NCBI GenBank assembly: GCA_034678405.1
Contig: JAXDBW010000066.1
Span: 1 to 60,824 of the forward strand
Origin: Patescibacteria group bacterium
GTDB lineage: Bacteria; Patescibacteriota; Patescibacteriia; UBA10025; JAHIVO01
Direction: 5' to 3'
DNA: 60,824 nucleotides
A model generated the notes under the pieces. The model ran no database searches and was not told the DNA's origin. It was given only the letters and a program-made list of their open reading frames with translations. This document shows, piece by piece, positions 1 to 9,406 of the stretch (position 1 is its first letter; each line of letters begins with the position of its first letter). The position numbers and the translations under genes were made by a program.

Positions 1-663
1 AAATATTGACTTGCGATATCGACGCACCAAAAAGAACAATGGCAATATAAAGCTGACCCAGGCAGTATAAGAATAAGTTAATACAAAGCCCGCCAAAAGA
101 ATAAGTGCCCCAACACCAAATACCCACCGAATACGGGGCGATCGTTCCGTAATAATCAGCATAAGTGACAAGGGTAACATCAATAACAACAAGCTCGAGA
201 TTGCATTTGCATTAAAAAGTAATCCACTCACTCGATTGGCCGACTGACCGACAAATAAATAGAGTCCAGCAGCAGCGGCAACCACGCCAACTCCCCACAC
301 TCCATATGCCAACCAAGCGATGCGACGATCATCACGAAAAAATGTATACGCCGCATAATATACCAGGAGATAGGCGACGAGCATCGCTCCCTGGCTAAGG
401 CTATGATACCAGTGCGTAGAAAATGGAATGGTAGCAATCGCAACACCAATCCACATCAGAAGATATGTATGCGGATTTTTTAATGCCCGTGATACATATC
501 GCGTAGAAACAAAGTTGATCTCTCGCCATACGAGAAATATGAGAAGAAAAGAAAAAACAAGCACAATCGCTTGGACCCATTTACTCCACTCGCCTGAAAA
601 AAAAGACGCGAGTAGAAGTAGCACGATAAATAAAGAGGTGATTACCTTTTCGCGACCAGTCAT
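1..663 (-). CDS. O-antigen ligase (Wzy_C/WaaL/PglL-like) polytopic membrane protein, runs off the left edge
   Basis: Not in the ORF track; manual translation from ATG 663 is open to the window edge (MTGREKVITSLFIVLLLLASFF...RVSGLLFNANAISSLL...FVLTYSYTAW), with many TM helices and RxxGxxxNxN / LTxS motifs. ATGA overlap with the GT2 stop. Confidence 0.7.
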   Translation of the reverse strand, partial: MTGREKVITSLFIVLLLLASFFSGEWSKWVQAIVLVFSFLLIFLVWREINFVSTRYVSRALKNPHTYLLMWIGVAIATIPFSTHWYHSLSQGAMLVAYLLVYYAAYTFFRDDRRIAWLAYGVWGVGVVAAAAGLYLFVGQSANRVSGLLFNANAISSLLLLMLPLSLMLIITERSPRIRWVFGVGALILLAGFVLTYSYTAWVSFILPLFFLVRRYRKSIF

Positions 664-1637
664 GAGGAGATAGAAAACGTATTACGCCACTCCAGTATAT
701 CACGAACTGATATAGTTCGTCTTGACTGAATAGTATGACGCTGGGCCAAGAGGCGTGGCAGTGATATGGCGACCCCCCAAGCAATGCGCACATAGAGCAA
801 CGATCGTGCAATGACGCCAACTCGTGCCCCTGTCGGGAGGCCGCTTCTCCCCTCCAACGCTCTCAGCCATAGTCGTACTGGTAAATTCTTGATGGCCATA
901 TATATACGATTACGTCCAGTAAGAAAGCGTTGGAAAAGTATCGACATTTTCTTTGTAGTGGCGGATACTTTATGATACACCACCGCCTTCGGGGCATACA
1001 TGATCCGCCACCCGCGGAGGCGCGCTCGAACTGATAGGTCAGTATCCTCAACGTAGGCGAAGAAATGACTATCAAAATAATCATTACCCAGTTTGATGTC
1101 CTCAAGCATCGCTCGTCGGTAGAGCGCTGCGCCCGCACGAGCACTGAAGCATTCCTCAGTCGTATCATACTGACCGACATCGCGTTCACCTGCGCCGCGT
1201 GTTACCACTTTTAGTGTATGCGGCAACAAAAAATCACCGGCTGAATCAAACTCATCGCGACGATAATAGTTCATCATTTTACTTGCCACGGCACCAATTT
1301 GTTCATCTGATTCTGCTACGGTGATCATCTCAAGCAGCCAGCCAGCGTCAACCTCCGTATCATTATTAAGAACTGCCACGTACTGAATAGCGGGATCTTT
1401 CAAAACCTCCCGCACACCAACGTTGTTTCCCTCAGCAAAACCTAGATTTTTTCCCGTCTCAATGGTCTCAACTGCAGGGAAGTTTTTTCTCACAAATGCA
1501 ACCGAGTCATCGGTTGAGCCATTATCTACCAGGACGATTCGCGGCCGGACGTCTACGAGCCTAGCGACAGATGACAGGCAGGTTTCGAGATGCTCGAGCC
1601 CATTCCAATTCAAAATAATTATTGCTGAAGTTGGCAT
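660..1637 (-). CDS. Glycosyltransferase family 2
   Basis: IIILNWNG, VDNGSTD, NLGFAEGNNVG, LNNDT, FFAYVEDTDLSVRARLRGW; start set at MPTSAII. Confidence 0.93.
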   Translation of the reverse strand: MPTSAIIILNWNGLEHLETCLSSVARLVDVRPRIVLVDNGSTDDSVAFVRKNFPAVETIETGKNLGFAEGNNVGVREVLKDPAIQYVAVLNNDTEVDAGWLLEMITVAESDEQIGAVASKMMNYYRRDEFDSAGDFLLPHTLKVVTRGAGERDVGQYDTTEECFSARAGAALYRRAMLEDIKLGNDYFDSHFFAYVEDTDLSVRARLRGWRIMYAPKAVVYHKVSATTKKMSILFQRFLTGRNRIYMAIKNLPVRLWLRALEGRSGLPTGARVGVIARSLLYVRIAWGVAISLPRLLAQRHTIQSRRTISVRDILEWRNTFSISS

Positions 1638-1672
1638 AAAGGTATTGCCCACAGTATATCAAACTATACATA

Positions 1673-1712
1673 AACCAAAAAGCGCCCTCATATATTGAAG
1701 ACGCTTTTGGTT
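1673..1712 (-). terminator. Rho-independent terminator after the pilin gene
   Basis: Minus strand GCGTCTTCA-loop-TGAGGGCGC stem (G-U pairs) followed by TTTTTGGTTT. Confidence 0.7.
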
Positions 1713-1740
1713 ATTCCTTTTTTGGACTGCTTTTTGATAA

Positions 1741-2247
1741 TTAGCAGCTACCCATAGCGGCGGCTAAATCGCCATCGCCTGAGGTTCCATCTGATTTGAT
1801 CCAGAAATAGAATGGTCCACCACTACCCGGTGACTCCAGCTGAGTGTAGAGCAAGAAGTCAGCATCACTGTTACATGATTGGTAGACGTAGCGAAGCCCG
1901 TTCGCGCTGTTGGCAGCCGGATCTTCAATTGCTTTACTGATGTACTCTGGAACAATAGGATTGGTAGCTTCGGTCTCATCAAAAATGGAGTTTGTAGTGC
2001 CTACGCAGGTGCTGCCTGTTCCGGCAACGCATGAGTATGCACCGGCGGCGGCAGAAGGATACGAATTACTGTTATCATCAGCGTAGAGGACCAGAGCGGT
2101 CTTCACCTGAGAAATATCAGATTTACGGGTAGCGTCACGGGCCTTTTCCCGGGCACCGTTTAACGCGACCAAACCGATGGTAGCCAAAATACCGATGATC
2201 GCAATAACGACCAATAACTCAATGAGTGTAAAACCTTTTCGTTTCAT
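1741..2247 (-). CDS. Type IV major pilin (class III signal peptide)
   Basis: MKRKG|FTLIELLVVIAIIGILATI N-methylation motif; AREKARDATRKSDI helix; SD-like AGGGGGTGA before ATG 2247; own promoter and terminator. Confidence 0.93.
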   Translation of the reverse strand: MKRKGFTLIELLVVIAIIGILATIGLVALNGAREKARDATRKSDISQVKTALVLYADDNSNSYPSAAAGAYSCVAGTGSTCVGTTNSIFDETEATNPIVPEYISKAIEDPAANSANGLRYVYQSCNSDADFLLYTQLESPGSGGPFYFWIKSDGTSGDGDLAAAMGSC

Positions 2248-2276
2248 GTCTTCACCCCCTTTCATTTTATAGCAAA

Positions 2277-2372
2277 GACATGTAGGGTTCTGCCGTGCCC
2301 TGTTTCTTCACAGATCACGGATCCGCCTGACCCGTGCCTTCCACAAGGCACTAAAAGCGGAAACCACATGTC
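2277..2372 (-). ncRNA. Candidate structured cis-regulatory RNA (three-way junction) in the pilin 5' leader
   Basis: Nested pairings GACATGT/ACATGTC, GGTT/AACC, TCCGC/GCGGA, GTGCCTT/AAGGCAC, CCGTG/CACGG, CTGT/ACAG; extra G-U pairs favour the minus strand. Confidence 0.5.
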
Positions 2373-2451
2373 ATTTACCAGGATGTTTATTTCTAATGAA
2401 AGAACGCTTACGTTAAGATATCAACAATGCACTGATAGATTCTATGCTAGA

Positions 2452-2480
2452 ATCATATCATATTTTTCCTAAAAAGTCAA
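2452..2480 (-). promoter_or_regulatory. Sigma70-type promoter for the pilin
   Basis: TTGACT-17 nt-TATGAT with a TGn extended -10. Confidence 0.7.
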
Positions 2481-2523
2481 CAAACTATAGCAATTATTTT
2501 GCTAACCTTAGAGGAAAAAATGC

Positions 2524-3729
2524 CTAGATCGCGCTCGATAAATTGTATAGCGGCAGGATAATTGCGGAAACGAGGAATCCGACGGCCACACCAATCACTA
2601 TCATAATAATGGGCTCAATGGCTGTCGTCAGATTAGCCAATGAGTTTTCTAGCTCGCGTTGGTAGAAATCAGCTATCTTCTCCAGAATCTTATCCAGCTG
2701 ACCGGACTGCTCACCCACACTCATCATTTGGGAGAGCATCAGCGGGATGTTCTTATCTTTTACAAATACCGTCGTAATCGAAGCGCCGCCCTCAACTTTC
2801 TTGATGGTCTCCTGGGTGAGATCGTGGTACAGGGTGTTGCCAACGACATCCGACACGATATCAAGCGACTTCGTTAAAGGCACGCCAGAGGTGATAAGCG
2901 TGGATAGTGCCCGAGAGAACCGCGTCAGATATAGACGGCTAAACATTACACCAAACATGGGCATTTTTATTTTGAGTAAGTCAATTTTATGACGGCCTCG
3001 ATCAGTTTTGTTATATGCTCGTATGCCAAAGTACAAACCGATTAATACTATCAATACCAACCACCAAAAATTGCGCAGAAAATCACTGATGCCAATAAAA
3101 ATAATCGTGGTAATAGGCAAATCTACATCTGCTCCTTCAAAAATTGACGTAATCTGAGGCAATACAAACATCATCATCATCGCTCCGACGAGTCCCAAGG
3201 CTACTACGATAAAGGTCGGATAAATAAGGGCGCCTTTAGCCTTGGCCCGAAGGTCGTAATCTTTTTCTTGCTGATCAGCAAGGTACTCGAGGATTTCATC
3301 AAGTCGACCAGTGGTCTCGGCCGAGCGGATCATTTGAATAAAAAAATTGCTGAACACTCGCGGATACTTCGCCAAAGCCTGAGATAATTTCGCGCCGCCG
3401 TCGACTTCATCGGCAACATCCGATAGGACCGATTTCAGTTTTACATTATTCGTCTGCGCGACCAATACCTTGAGCGCGCGAACAATCGGCACATTTGAAG
3501 TAATCATCACTGAGAGCTGGCGAGCAAAGACAACGATGTCTTTGGTTTTCACGCCTGAGCCGAGAGAAAACTTGCTCATGAAGCTGGAGGACTTCCGCTC
3601 TTTGAGTGAGATAATAAAAAGCTTCTTATCGCGCAACATGCCATACGCGATATTTTCTGATGGCGCGACAACCACACCATCTACAGTCTGGCCATCATCG
3701 TTTCGTGCTTTGTATGCGTACTCAGCCAT
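2524..3729 (-). CDS. pilC: Type IV pilus platform protein PilC (GspF family)
   Basis: FARQLSVMITSNVPIVRAL, AETTGRLDEIL, GEQSGQLDKIL, EPIIMIVIG; two T2SSF domains. Confidence 0.95.
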   Translation of the reverse strand: MAEYAYKARNDDGQTVDGVVVAPSENIAYGMLRDKKLFIISLKERKSSSFMSKFSLGSGVKTKDIVVFARQLSVMITSNVPIVRALKVLVAQTNNVKLKSVLSDVADEVDGGAKLSQALAKYPRVFSNFFIQMIRSAETTGRLDEILEYLADQQEKDYDLRAKAKGALIYPTFIVVALGLVGAMMMMFVLPQITSIFEGADVDLPITTIIFIGISDFLRNFWWLVLIVLIGLYFGIRAYNKTDRGRHKIDLLKIKMPMFGVMFSRLYLTRFSRALSTLITSGVPLTKSLDIVSDVVGNTLYHDLTQETIKKVEGGASITTVFVKDKNIPLMLSQMMSVGEQSGQLDKILEKIADFYQRELENSLANLTTAIEPIIMIVIGVAVGFLVSAIILPLYNLSSAI

Positions 3730-3746
3730 GAATAAGTATCAGAATA

Positions 3747-4133
3747 TTACGTGACGATTTCTTTTACTTTTTGGACCACCTCGGCCGGCATGAAATGCGC
3801 CTTGACGAGATAATCCTTGGCCCCGAGGTCGAGCCCTTTTTGCACATCTTCTGGTTGGCCGAGATTAGTCAACATGATGACGGGGATGTCTTTTGTTTTT
3901 TCGTCATCCTTGAGATTTTTTAGTACATCAAATCCCGACATCTTTGGCAGAATCACATCGAGTAAAATAATATCCGGATTGGTCGCTCGCGCCTGATCGA
4001 GTCCTTTCTCACCATTATCGGCCAGGACCACTTCGAAATTTTCAAGTTCGAGTTTGGTCACATACATGCCAGCGAGAAATGTATCGTCTTCGACGAGTAG
4101 AATTTTGATTTTTTTCGTTTGGGTATCAGCCAT
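3747..4133 (-). CDS. Single-domain response regulator (CheY-like receiver)
   Basis: KILLVEDD, PDIILLDVILPKMSGFDVL, IPVIMLTN, GAKDYLVK; start set at MADTQ. Confidence 0.92.
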   Translation of the reverse strand: MADTQTKKIKILLVEDDTFLAGMYVTKLELENFEVVLADNGEKGLDQARATNPDIILLDVILPKMSGFDVLKNLKDDEKTKDIPVIMLTNLGQPEDVQKGLDLGAKDYLVKAHFMPAEVVQKVKEIVT

Positions 4134-4149
4134 ATAATTGTCGGGATAG

Positions 4150-5910
4150 TTATTTACGGGTTGCGTGTAATATCTCGTTGAATGACGTCTTGCCCTCGAG
4201 GGCTTTGAGGACGCCATCCTGTGACATGGCAATCATATTCTGTCGGACGGCAGTCTCTCGGATCGCATCAATCGTCGGATTCGAAATGATGACATTTTTC
4301 ATCTCGTCATTAACCTCTATGATTTCATCAATCAAGATACGACCCTTATATCCCGTATTTTCACAACGCGCACATCCCTTGCCTTCGAAAAATTTCAGCT
4401 CTGGTTTTTCGGTACCCAGTCGAGCTTTGTATACCTCGGGAGGGATATTCGCCATTTGTTTCTCGACCTCACGGCGTAACTCATCTGGCAATGCTACTTC
4501 TTCTTGACAGTACTGGCAGAGTCGTCGCACCAAACGTTGGGCGACCACCGTCGATAATGCAGCCGTAATAAGGAACGGCTCAATATTCATGTCGATCAAA
4601 CGGGGAATGGCACCAAATGAATCGTTGGTATGTAGCGTCGACAGGACGAGGTGACCGGTCAGCGCGGCATGCACCGCGAGCTCGGCGGTTTCATTATCAC
4701 GAATTTCACCTACCATGATTACATCGGGATCCTGACGCAAGATTGACCGCAGCCCCGCGGCAAAGGTGAGGCCGACATCGGGATTAATCTGGGATTGGTT
4801 AACTCCCTCGATATAATACTCAACTGGGTCTTCAAGCGTTACGATGTTGACCGATTCATCATTGAGGATAGTCAGCAGCGCTGACAATGTAGTCGACTTA
4901 CCGGAGCCAGTCGGACCAGTCAAGAGGATCATACCCACCGTTTTCTGCGTCGCCTGCTTCATCAGATCCAACGCCCGCCCCTCAAACCCGAGCTTTTCGA
5001 GATCAAGCACAACTGAGGCTCGATCCAAAATACGCATCACGACTTTTTCATTGGCAAAGAGTGGCAGTGTCGAAACACGATAGTCAATAACTCGCCCTCC
5101 CCACTCGGTGCGAAACCGACCGTCCTGCGGCACGCGCGTCTCATCAAGTTTCAAGTTACACATGACCTTAATACGAGCCACGATGGAATTATGGACATAC
5201 CGCGGCAACACCAGTGAGGTATGCAACACACCATCAACCCGATAGCGCACCCGCGTTTCATTTTCGACTGGCTCAATATGAATATCCGAGGCATTGCCCT
5301 CGACCGCGTGCTTGAGGATGACGTTAACCATCTTGGAAACGGGCGCGCTCTTCACGACCTCCTCCATCCCTTTTTCCTGAGATAGGATTGATTCAAGCGA
5401 ATCATCTTCGTCTTTCTTCTCAGTGCTGGCTAGCGCCTCCTCTACTTCAGCGCCGAGAGTGGCATACTGTTTAAACGCCTGGCGAAATCCACTATCAGAA
5501 ATAATATGATAGTTTAATTTGTACCCATTTTCCCGGGCAATAAATTCTATCGCCTCAATCGCCTTGAAATCACCGGGGTTCACCATCGCCACGTCGACAG
5601 TGTTGCCATCTTTTTTGAAGGCGACGACATGATAGTTCTCCGAAAGCTCTCGTGGGATTAGATTCAATACTGACTGCGAAATAGTATTACCAAACAAATC
5701 GACATACGGCACCCCGAGTACCTGCGCTCGTGCTTTCGTTACCTCTTCCTCGGAAATCATGCCTTTTTGCATGAGACGGTTGACGACGTCATTATCATCC
5801 GTGGCCTGTTGTCGAATCTCCGCGAGCTTCTCAGGCGGAATTTGCTTTTGCTGCAGGACGATATCAAGGACGGATTGGTTAGAATATTCAGTTGTAGGGA
5901 TGTTTTGCAT
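4150..5910 (-). CDS. pilB: Type IV pilus assembly ATPase PilB (GspE/PulE family)
   Basis: ASDIHIEP, Walker A GPTGSGKST, TLEDPVEY, LRQDPDVIMVGEIRD, GHLVLSTLHTN, CxxC...CxxC Zn site. Confidence 0.96.
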   Translation of the reverse strand: MQNIPTTEYSNQSVLDIVLQQKQIPPEKLAEIRQQATDDNDVVNRLMQKGMISEEEVTKARAQVLGVPYVDLFGNTISQSVLNLIPRELSENYHVVAFKKDGNTVDVAMVNPGDFKAIEAIEFIARENGYKLNYHIISDSGFRQAFKQYATLGAEVEEALASTEKKDEDDSLESILSQEKGMEEVVKSAPVSKMVNVILKHAVEGNASDIHIEPVENETRVRYRVDGVLHTSLVLPRYVHNSIVARIKVMCNLKLDETRVPQDGRFRTEWGGRVIDYRVSTLPLFANEKVVMRILDRASVVLDLEKLGFEGRALDLMKQATQKTVGMILLTGPTGSGKSTTLSALLTILNDESVNIVTLEDPVEYYIEGVNQSQINPDVGLTFAAGLRSILRQDPDVIMVGEIRDNETAELAVHAALTGHLVLSTLHTNDSFGAIPRLIDMNIEPFLITAALSTVVAQRLVRRLCQYCQEEVALPDELRREVEKQMANIPPEVYKARLGTEKPELKFFEGKGCARCENTGYKGRILIDEIIEVNDEMKNVIISNPTIDAIRETAVRQNMIAMSQDGVLKALEGKTSFNEILHATRK

Positions 5911-5921
5911 GGTGCCCTACC

Positions 5922-6836
5922 TTAAAACTCTATGGGAGCAAATGGATTAGTATTGGCCGGTACCGTTAATAGGTTTTTTGATGACTCATTGCCACTCGCA
6001 TCCACGGCGGTGACGGTATAGTAGTATGGGACATTGGGTTGGACAGTGGAATCCACATATACATACTCTCCATCATCCTCTACCGTGACATCAGCGAGAG
6101 CGACCTCGTTCAGTTGGGTCCCCACCAATCCACGAGTGGTGGAACGATATATGCGCACTGCGGCGACATCGCTCGCGTCGGTAAATGTCCAGCTCACTTG
6201 GAGATTCTCTCCTAGACTTGCCACTGTGATATTTTCCGGCGCATTGGGAGCGAGGGAGTCGGTGGGGATGGCCACTACTTGAGTTGCATTTGTCGATTCA
6301 TTGTCTCCATTTGCCAGTCGTACGAGATAATAATAGCGTGAGCCATTTTCCACATCAGTATCTTGGTACGTCATCAATTGGTGAGCGGCTGATACCGGCA
6401 GGATGGTGACGAGCTCACCGAGCGTTCCCTGTGTAGTCGAGCGGTATACGTGTGCTTCTGTATAATTCACCTGCGCTGGCGTTTCCCAGGAAAGGGTTAA
6501 GACGGCACCGATCGATGGATTGGCGATGGCGATATTAACTGGTGCGAGTGGCGAGGCATCATCAAGCACGACACCCTCATGCTGATCGGCATATCCGGGA
6601 AACTCATCCCGCTCTAGCTGATACAACTGAGGATCATCGAAGATGTCACTTTCAAACGTCGATACTTTCGTCGGGGTAATCACCGCCGCGGGAGCATTAG
6701 CCGTACCCGTATCCGTCGTACTCGGCGTCGCGTAAAACTGGCTATACACGAAATACCCGCCTCCTAACATGATAACTAATAGGGCTAGGAGGAGATATCG
6801 TGTTCGTTTATTGATGCCGCGTTTTTGGATCAACAT
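5922..6836 (-). CDS. Membrane-anchored protein with two fibronectin type III domains
   Basis: N-terminal TM helix; two repeats with LSW, YRST, Y.D..V, YYY.V, GNES patterns. Confidence 0.8.
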   Translation of the reverse strand: MLIQKRGINKRTRYLLLALLVIMLGGGYFVYSQFYATPSTTDTGTANAPAAVITPTKVSTFESDIFDDPQLYQLERDEFPGYADQHEGVVLDDASPLAPVNIAIANPSIGAVLTLSWETPAQVNYTEAHVYRSTTQGTLGELVTILPVSAAHQLMTYQDTDVENGSRYYYLVRLANGDNESTNATQVVAIPTDSLAPNAPENITVASLGENLQVSWTFTDASDVAAVRIYRSTTRGLVGTQLNEVALADVTVEDDGEYVYVDSTVQPNVPYYYTVTAVDASGNESSKNLLTVPANTNPFAPIEF

Positions 6837-6845
6837 AGTACGAAA

Positions 6846-7424
6846 TTATTTATAGTACAGCGTCAGATTTAAACCGTAACTCGTCTCAGAAGGAACATAA
6901 GAAATCGAATGTAACTCCATCAGAGGCAGCTGAGTGCTAATGCTGTCGAGAAAATCCTTGAACTGAAAGTAGCTGGCTATACCGTCTATGGTAAGAGTAA
7001 TATTTAATGTTTTTACTGTCTGCGATACACTATCACTAGACTTGACTGCTTTTAGTGGTCCCGTATCGAGACTCACCAGGTTCAGTCGGTGCTGTGACAC
7101 AAAATTCTTCAACTCAATCATGATTTGCGGTAATTCTGATTCGGTTGGAATCACAGAATCTAACTGGTGCAGTTGGATCGCCGTCAATTCATTGTATTGG
7201 GCACTCAGATCTTCGAGGCGCCCAAGGGTGATGCGTCGATCCTCATACGCCTGGAGTTGAGCCTGGAGATCGGTTTGCCCTGCTTGCTGTATATCAGTGA
7301 CTGTCCCATGAATAAATACTAGATATCCCACCCCTCCAATGATTACTACAATCCCAGCCGCTACCAGTACGAAGTATTGGCTAATGATAAATGCTATGGT
7401 TCGTTTTAGTCGTTTCGTGTTCAT
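6846..7424 (-). CDS. PilO-like pilus alignment protein
   Basis: TM plus coiled coil; IPTESELPQIM, SYFQFKDFLDSI; follows pilM and the pilN-like gene. Confidence 0.75.
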   Translation of the reverse strand: MNTKRLKRTIAFIISQYFVLVAAGIVVIIGGVGYLVFIHGTVTDIQQAGQTDLQAQLQAYEDRRITLGRLEDLSAQYNELTAIQLHQLDSVIPTESELPQIMIELKNFVSQHRLNLVSLDTGPLKAVKSSDSVSQTVKTLNITLTIDGIASYFQFKDFLDSISTQLPLMELHSISYVPSETSYGLNLTLYYK

Positions 7425-9154
7425 AGTGAGGCGGGAAAATAAAATACCTGAGGAGTCACCGTCATAGATATTGAAAATGTTACCGGTGCATCAACGGTTG
7501 TCGTGACTGCTGTCGTGGTCCCCTCAGACACTGATTGGAAAGCAATATCAGAAACCGTAACTGATGTAACGAACGTATCGGCTGCCTGGAGCACCATGAG
7601 CTGTTTGATGGCTGCGTCATAATTCTTCCCTACGGCTGACAGTTGAATAGAACCATTGACGTCTGCGGTCATATTCGTGAAATATACATCGGGGGTAGTA
7701 TGTTGCTCAATCTGTGTAAAAATGGATGACCAATACACATGCTTGTCCAGCAAGGTTTGCACATCGTCAATCTGCTGACGCAATGACGAAACCTCATTCT
7801 GCAAATTCTGATACGAGCTGATCTGGATATCGGCGATAGTTATGTCATTGCTAATTTTGTTAATACTTGTCGTAATCGAGTTATAGTACCAGTTCGCCCA
7901 GAGCCATCCACCAAATACCAAGCCAGCGGCAATAATGGCAAAGGTCGCCAGGGAAAGGACTCGGGAAATGGAAATTTCTTGTTCGAGTGCTTCCTCGGGG
8001 ACGAGGTTGACCTCCCAATTTAAACCAGCCTGGGGTGACAGTACATCGCCCGTGCTTTTTCCTAGGGCAGAGGCTGTCGGCTGGCCGCCTTTTTCTGATT
8101 TCCCTGAGCGCGAGAACATGCCTTTGATACGTGCCCACAGTGAAACATGAGCGGCCTGCTGTACCGGTGGAGGGGGCGGCATTGGAACATCTGCATCTTT
8201 TTTCGGCTCAGGCTTCGGCAAGATATTGCTTTTTTCTTCAGCGACCAATTCAATTGGGCTGACAGGAACAGCCTCCTGTTTTTTGGGTTCAGGCTTCGGC
8301 GCGGGTGGTGGCGGCGGAGGTGGCGCGACGGGTGCTACGGACGGCTTCTGCTCAGGCTGAGAAACTACAGGCGCTGGTGGCGGAGGTGGGAGCGACACTT
8401 TCTTCTCACTGACCACTGTTGGTTCGGGCTGGACCTCGGTAACAAAACTAACAGACGGCTGCTGTGTATCTTTTTCGGTATCTGCCGGCACCGCGGGCAG
8501 TGCTGGGGCTTCCTGGGCCTGACGGGCAAAGAGCGAACGGAACCAGTCCACCATGCGCCCAAAAAATGATCGCCGTTCTGTAGATTTTTCTGCTTCGCGA
8601 TCCACAGGTTCGGGCGTCGGGGTCGTCACCGTAATAACGTCGCCGTTACGCTTTTTGAGTCGCTCGCTCGGTCCTGAAATTTTTTCTGCTTTAATCGTTG
8701 AGTACTTCGGAAATTGCTCGGCCTCTGGGTCATACGCAGGAGCAGTAGGAGTGGCTGCTGGCTCGGGATTGGCCGTCTCACGACGGAAAAGGCGCGCAAT
8801 AAACCCACCCCGATCACGAGACAGTGGTTGGGCCGGTTTATGCGCCTGCGTGGCTGTGGGCTGGGTTTTTTGGTAGGTGATCTTCGGTTTCTCCTGACTC
8901 TGCGGTTGTGCCTGACGCACATGCTCCTCAATCTTCACTTTGTGCTCTGGGACTTGCATATCCTGGCCTGCCTGCGGCTGCTCCGTTGGCTTGCGGAACG
9001 CTCCTTTAAAAAACGTCAAGACGCCGCCCCGTTTGACGCTTGAGCGCTTCTTTTCGCGCCGCGACGGGCCGGTCATGGCAATTACTTTTCGTGGTGTTGA
9101 TTTTGCCTTATCTGCTTTTGTTTTTTCCTCACTGGGGAGGAGATTGATCGCCAT
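7421..9154 (-). CDS. PilN-like protein with a very long Pro-rich cytoplasmic extension
   Basis: MAINLLP start, long Pro/Lys/Glu-rich region, EVNLVP before the TM, then coiled coil and HVYWSSIFTQIE...PDVYF PilN domain. Confidence 0.75.
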   Translation of the reverse strand: MAINLLPSEEKTKADKAKSTPRKVIAMTGPSRREKKRSSVKRGGVLTFFKGAFRKPTEQPQAGQDMQVPEHKVKIEEHVRQAQPQSQEKPKITYQKTQPTATQAHKPAQPLSRDRGGFIARLFRRETANPEPAATPTAPAYDPEAEQFPKYSTIKAEKISGPSERLKKRNGDVITVTTPTPEPVDREAEKSTERRSFFGRMVDWFRSLFARQAQEAPALPAVPADTEKDTQQPSVSFVTEVQPEPTVVSEKKVSLPPPPPAPVVSQPEQKPSVAPVAPPPPPPPAPKPEPKKQEAVPVSPIELVAEEKSNILPKPEPKKDADVPMPPPPPVQQAAHVSLWARIKGMFSRSGKSEKGGQPTASALGKSTGDVLSPQAGLNWEVNLVPEEALEQEISISRVLSLATFAIIAAGLVFGGWLWANWYYNSITTSINKISNDITIADIQISSYQNLQNEVSSLRQQIDDVQTLLDKHVYWSSIFTQIEQHTTPDVYFTNMTADVNGSIQLSAVGKNYDAAIKQLMVLQAADTFVTSVTVSDIAFQSVSEGTTTAVTTTVDAPVTFSISMTVTPQVFYFPASL

Positions 9155-9327
9155 ACGGAGATGGTGATTTATATTTTGGTTTTTCGTTTTTCCCCTATCG
9201 CCACTGAACAATTTTGTTTCAGTGTTTTTCGCGATATAAATGATGAGCCTAGATCTCGATTGAATGAGATAGGCTTTTATTGAGCTTCATGTGGGTCTTT
9301 TGCCCATATTTTGCTCAGTATGTCTTT

Positions 9328-9356
9328 ATTTTAGCACATTTAAATTAGAAAGTCAA
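9328..9356 (-). promoter_or_regulatory. Sigma70-type promoter upstream of the pilN-like gene
   Basis: TTGACT-17 nt-TAAAAT with TGn. Confidence 0.65.
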
Positions 9357-9406
9357 GGATTTTACCCCTTACTTCCCGAGGTGCACTATTGGAAGCCGCT
9401 ACTCCC

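Noticed and set aside
2277-2372. c-di-GMP-I riboswitch
   Set aside because: The GGCAAAC...GACGCAAA consensus is not present.
9246-9275. Hairpin in the pilN-like leader as an ncRNA
   Set aside because: A single weak bulged stem is not enough evidence.
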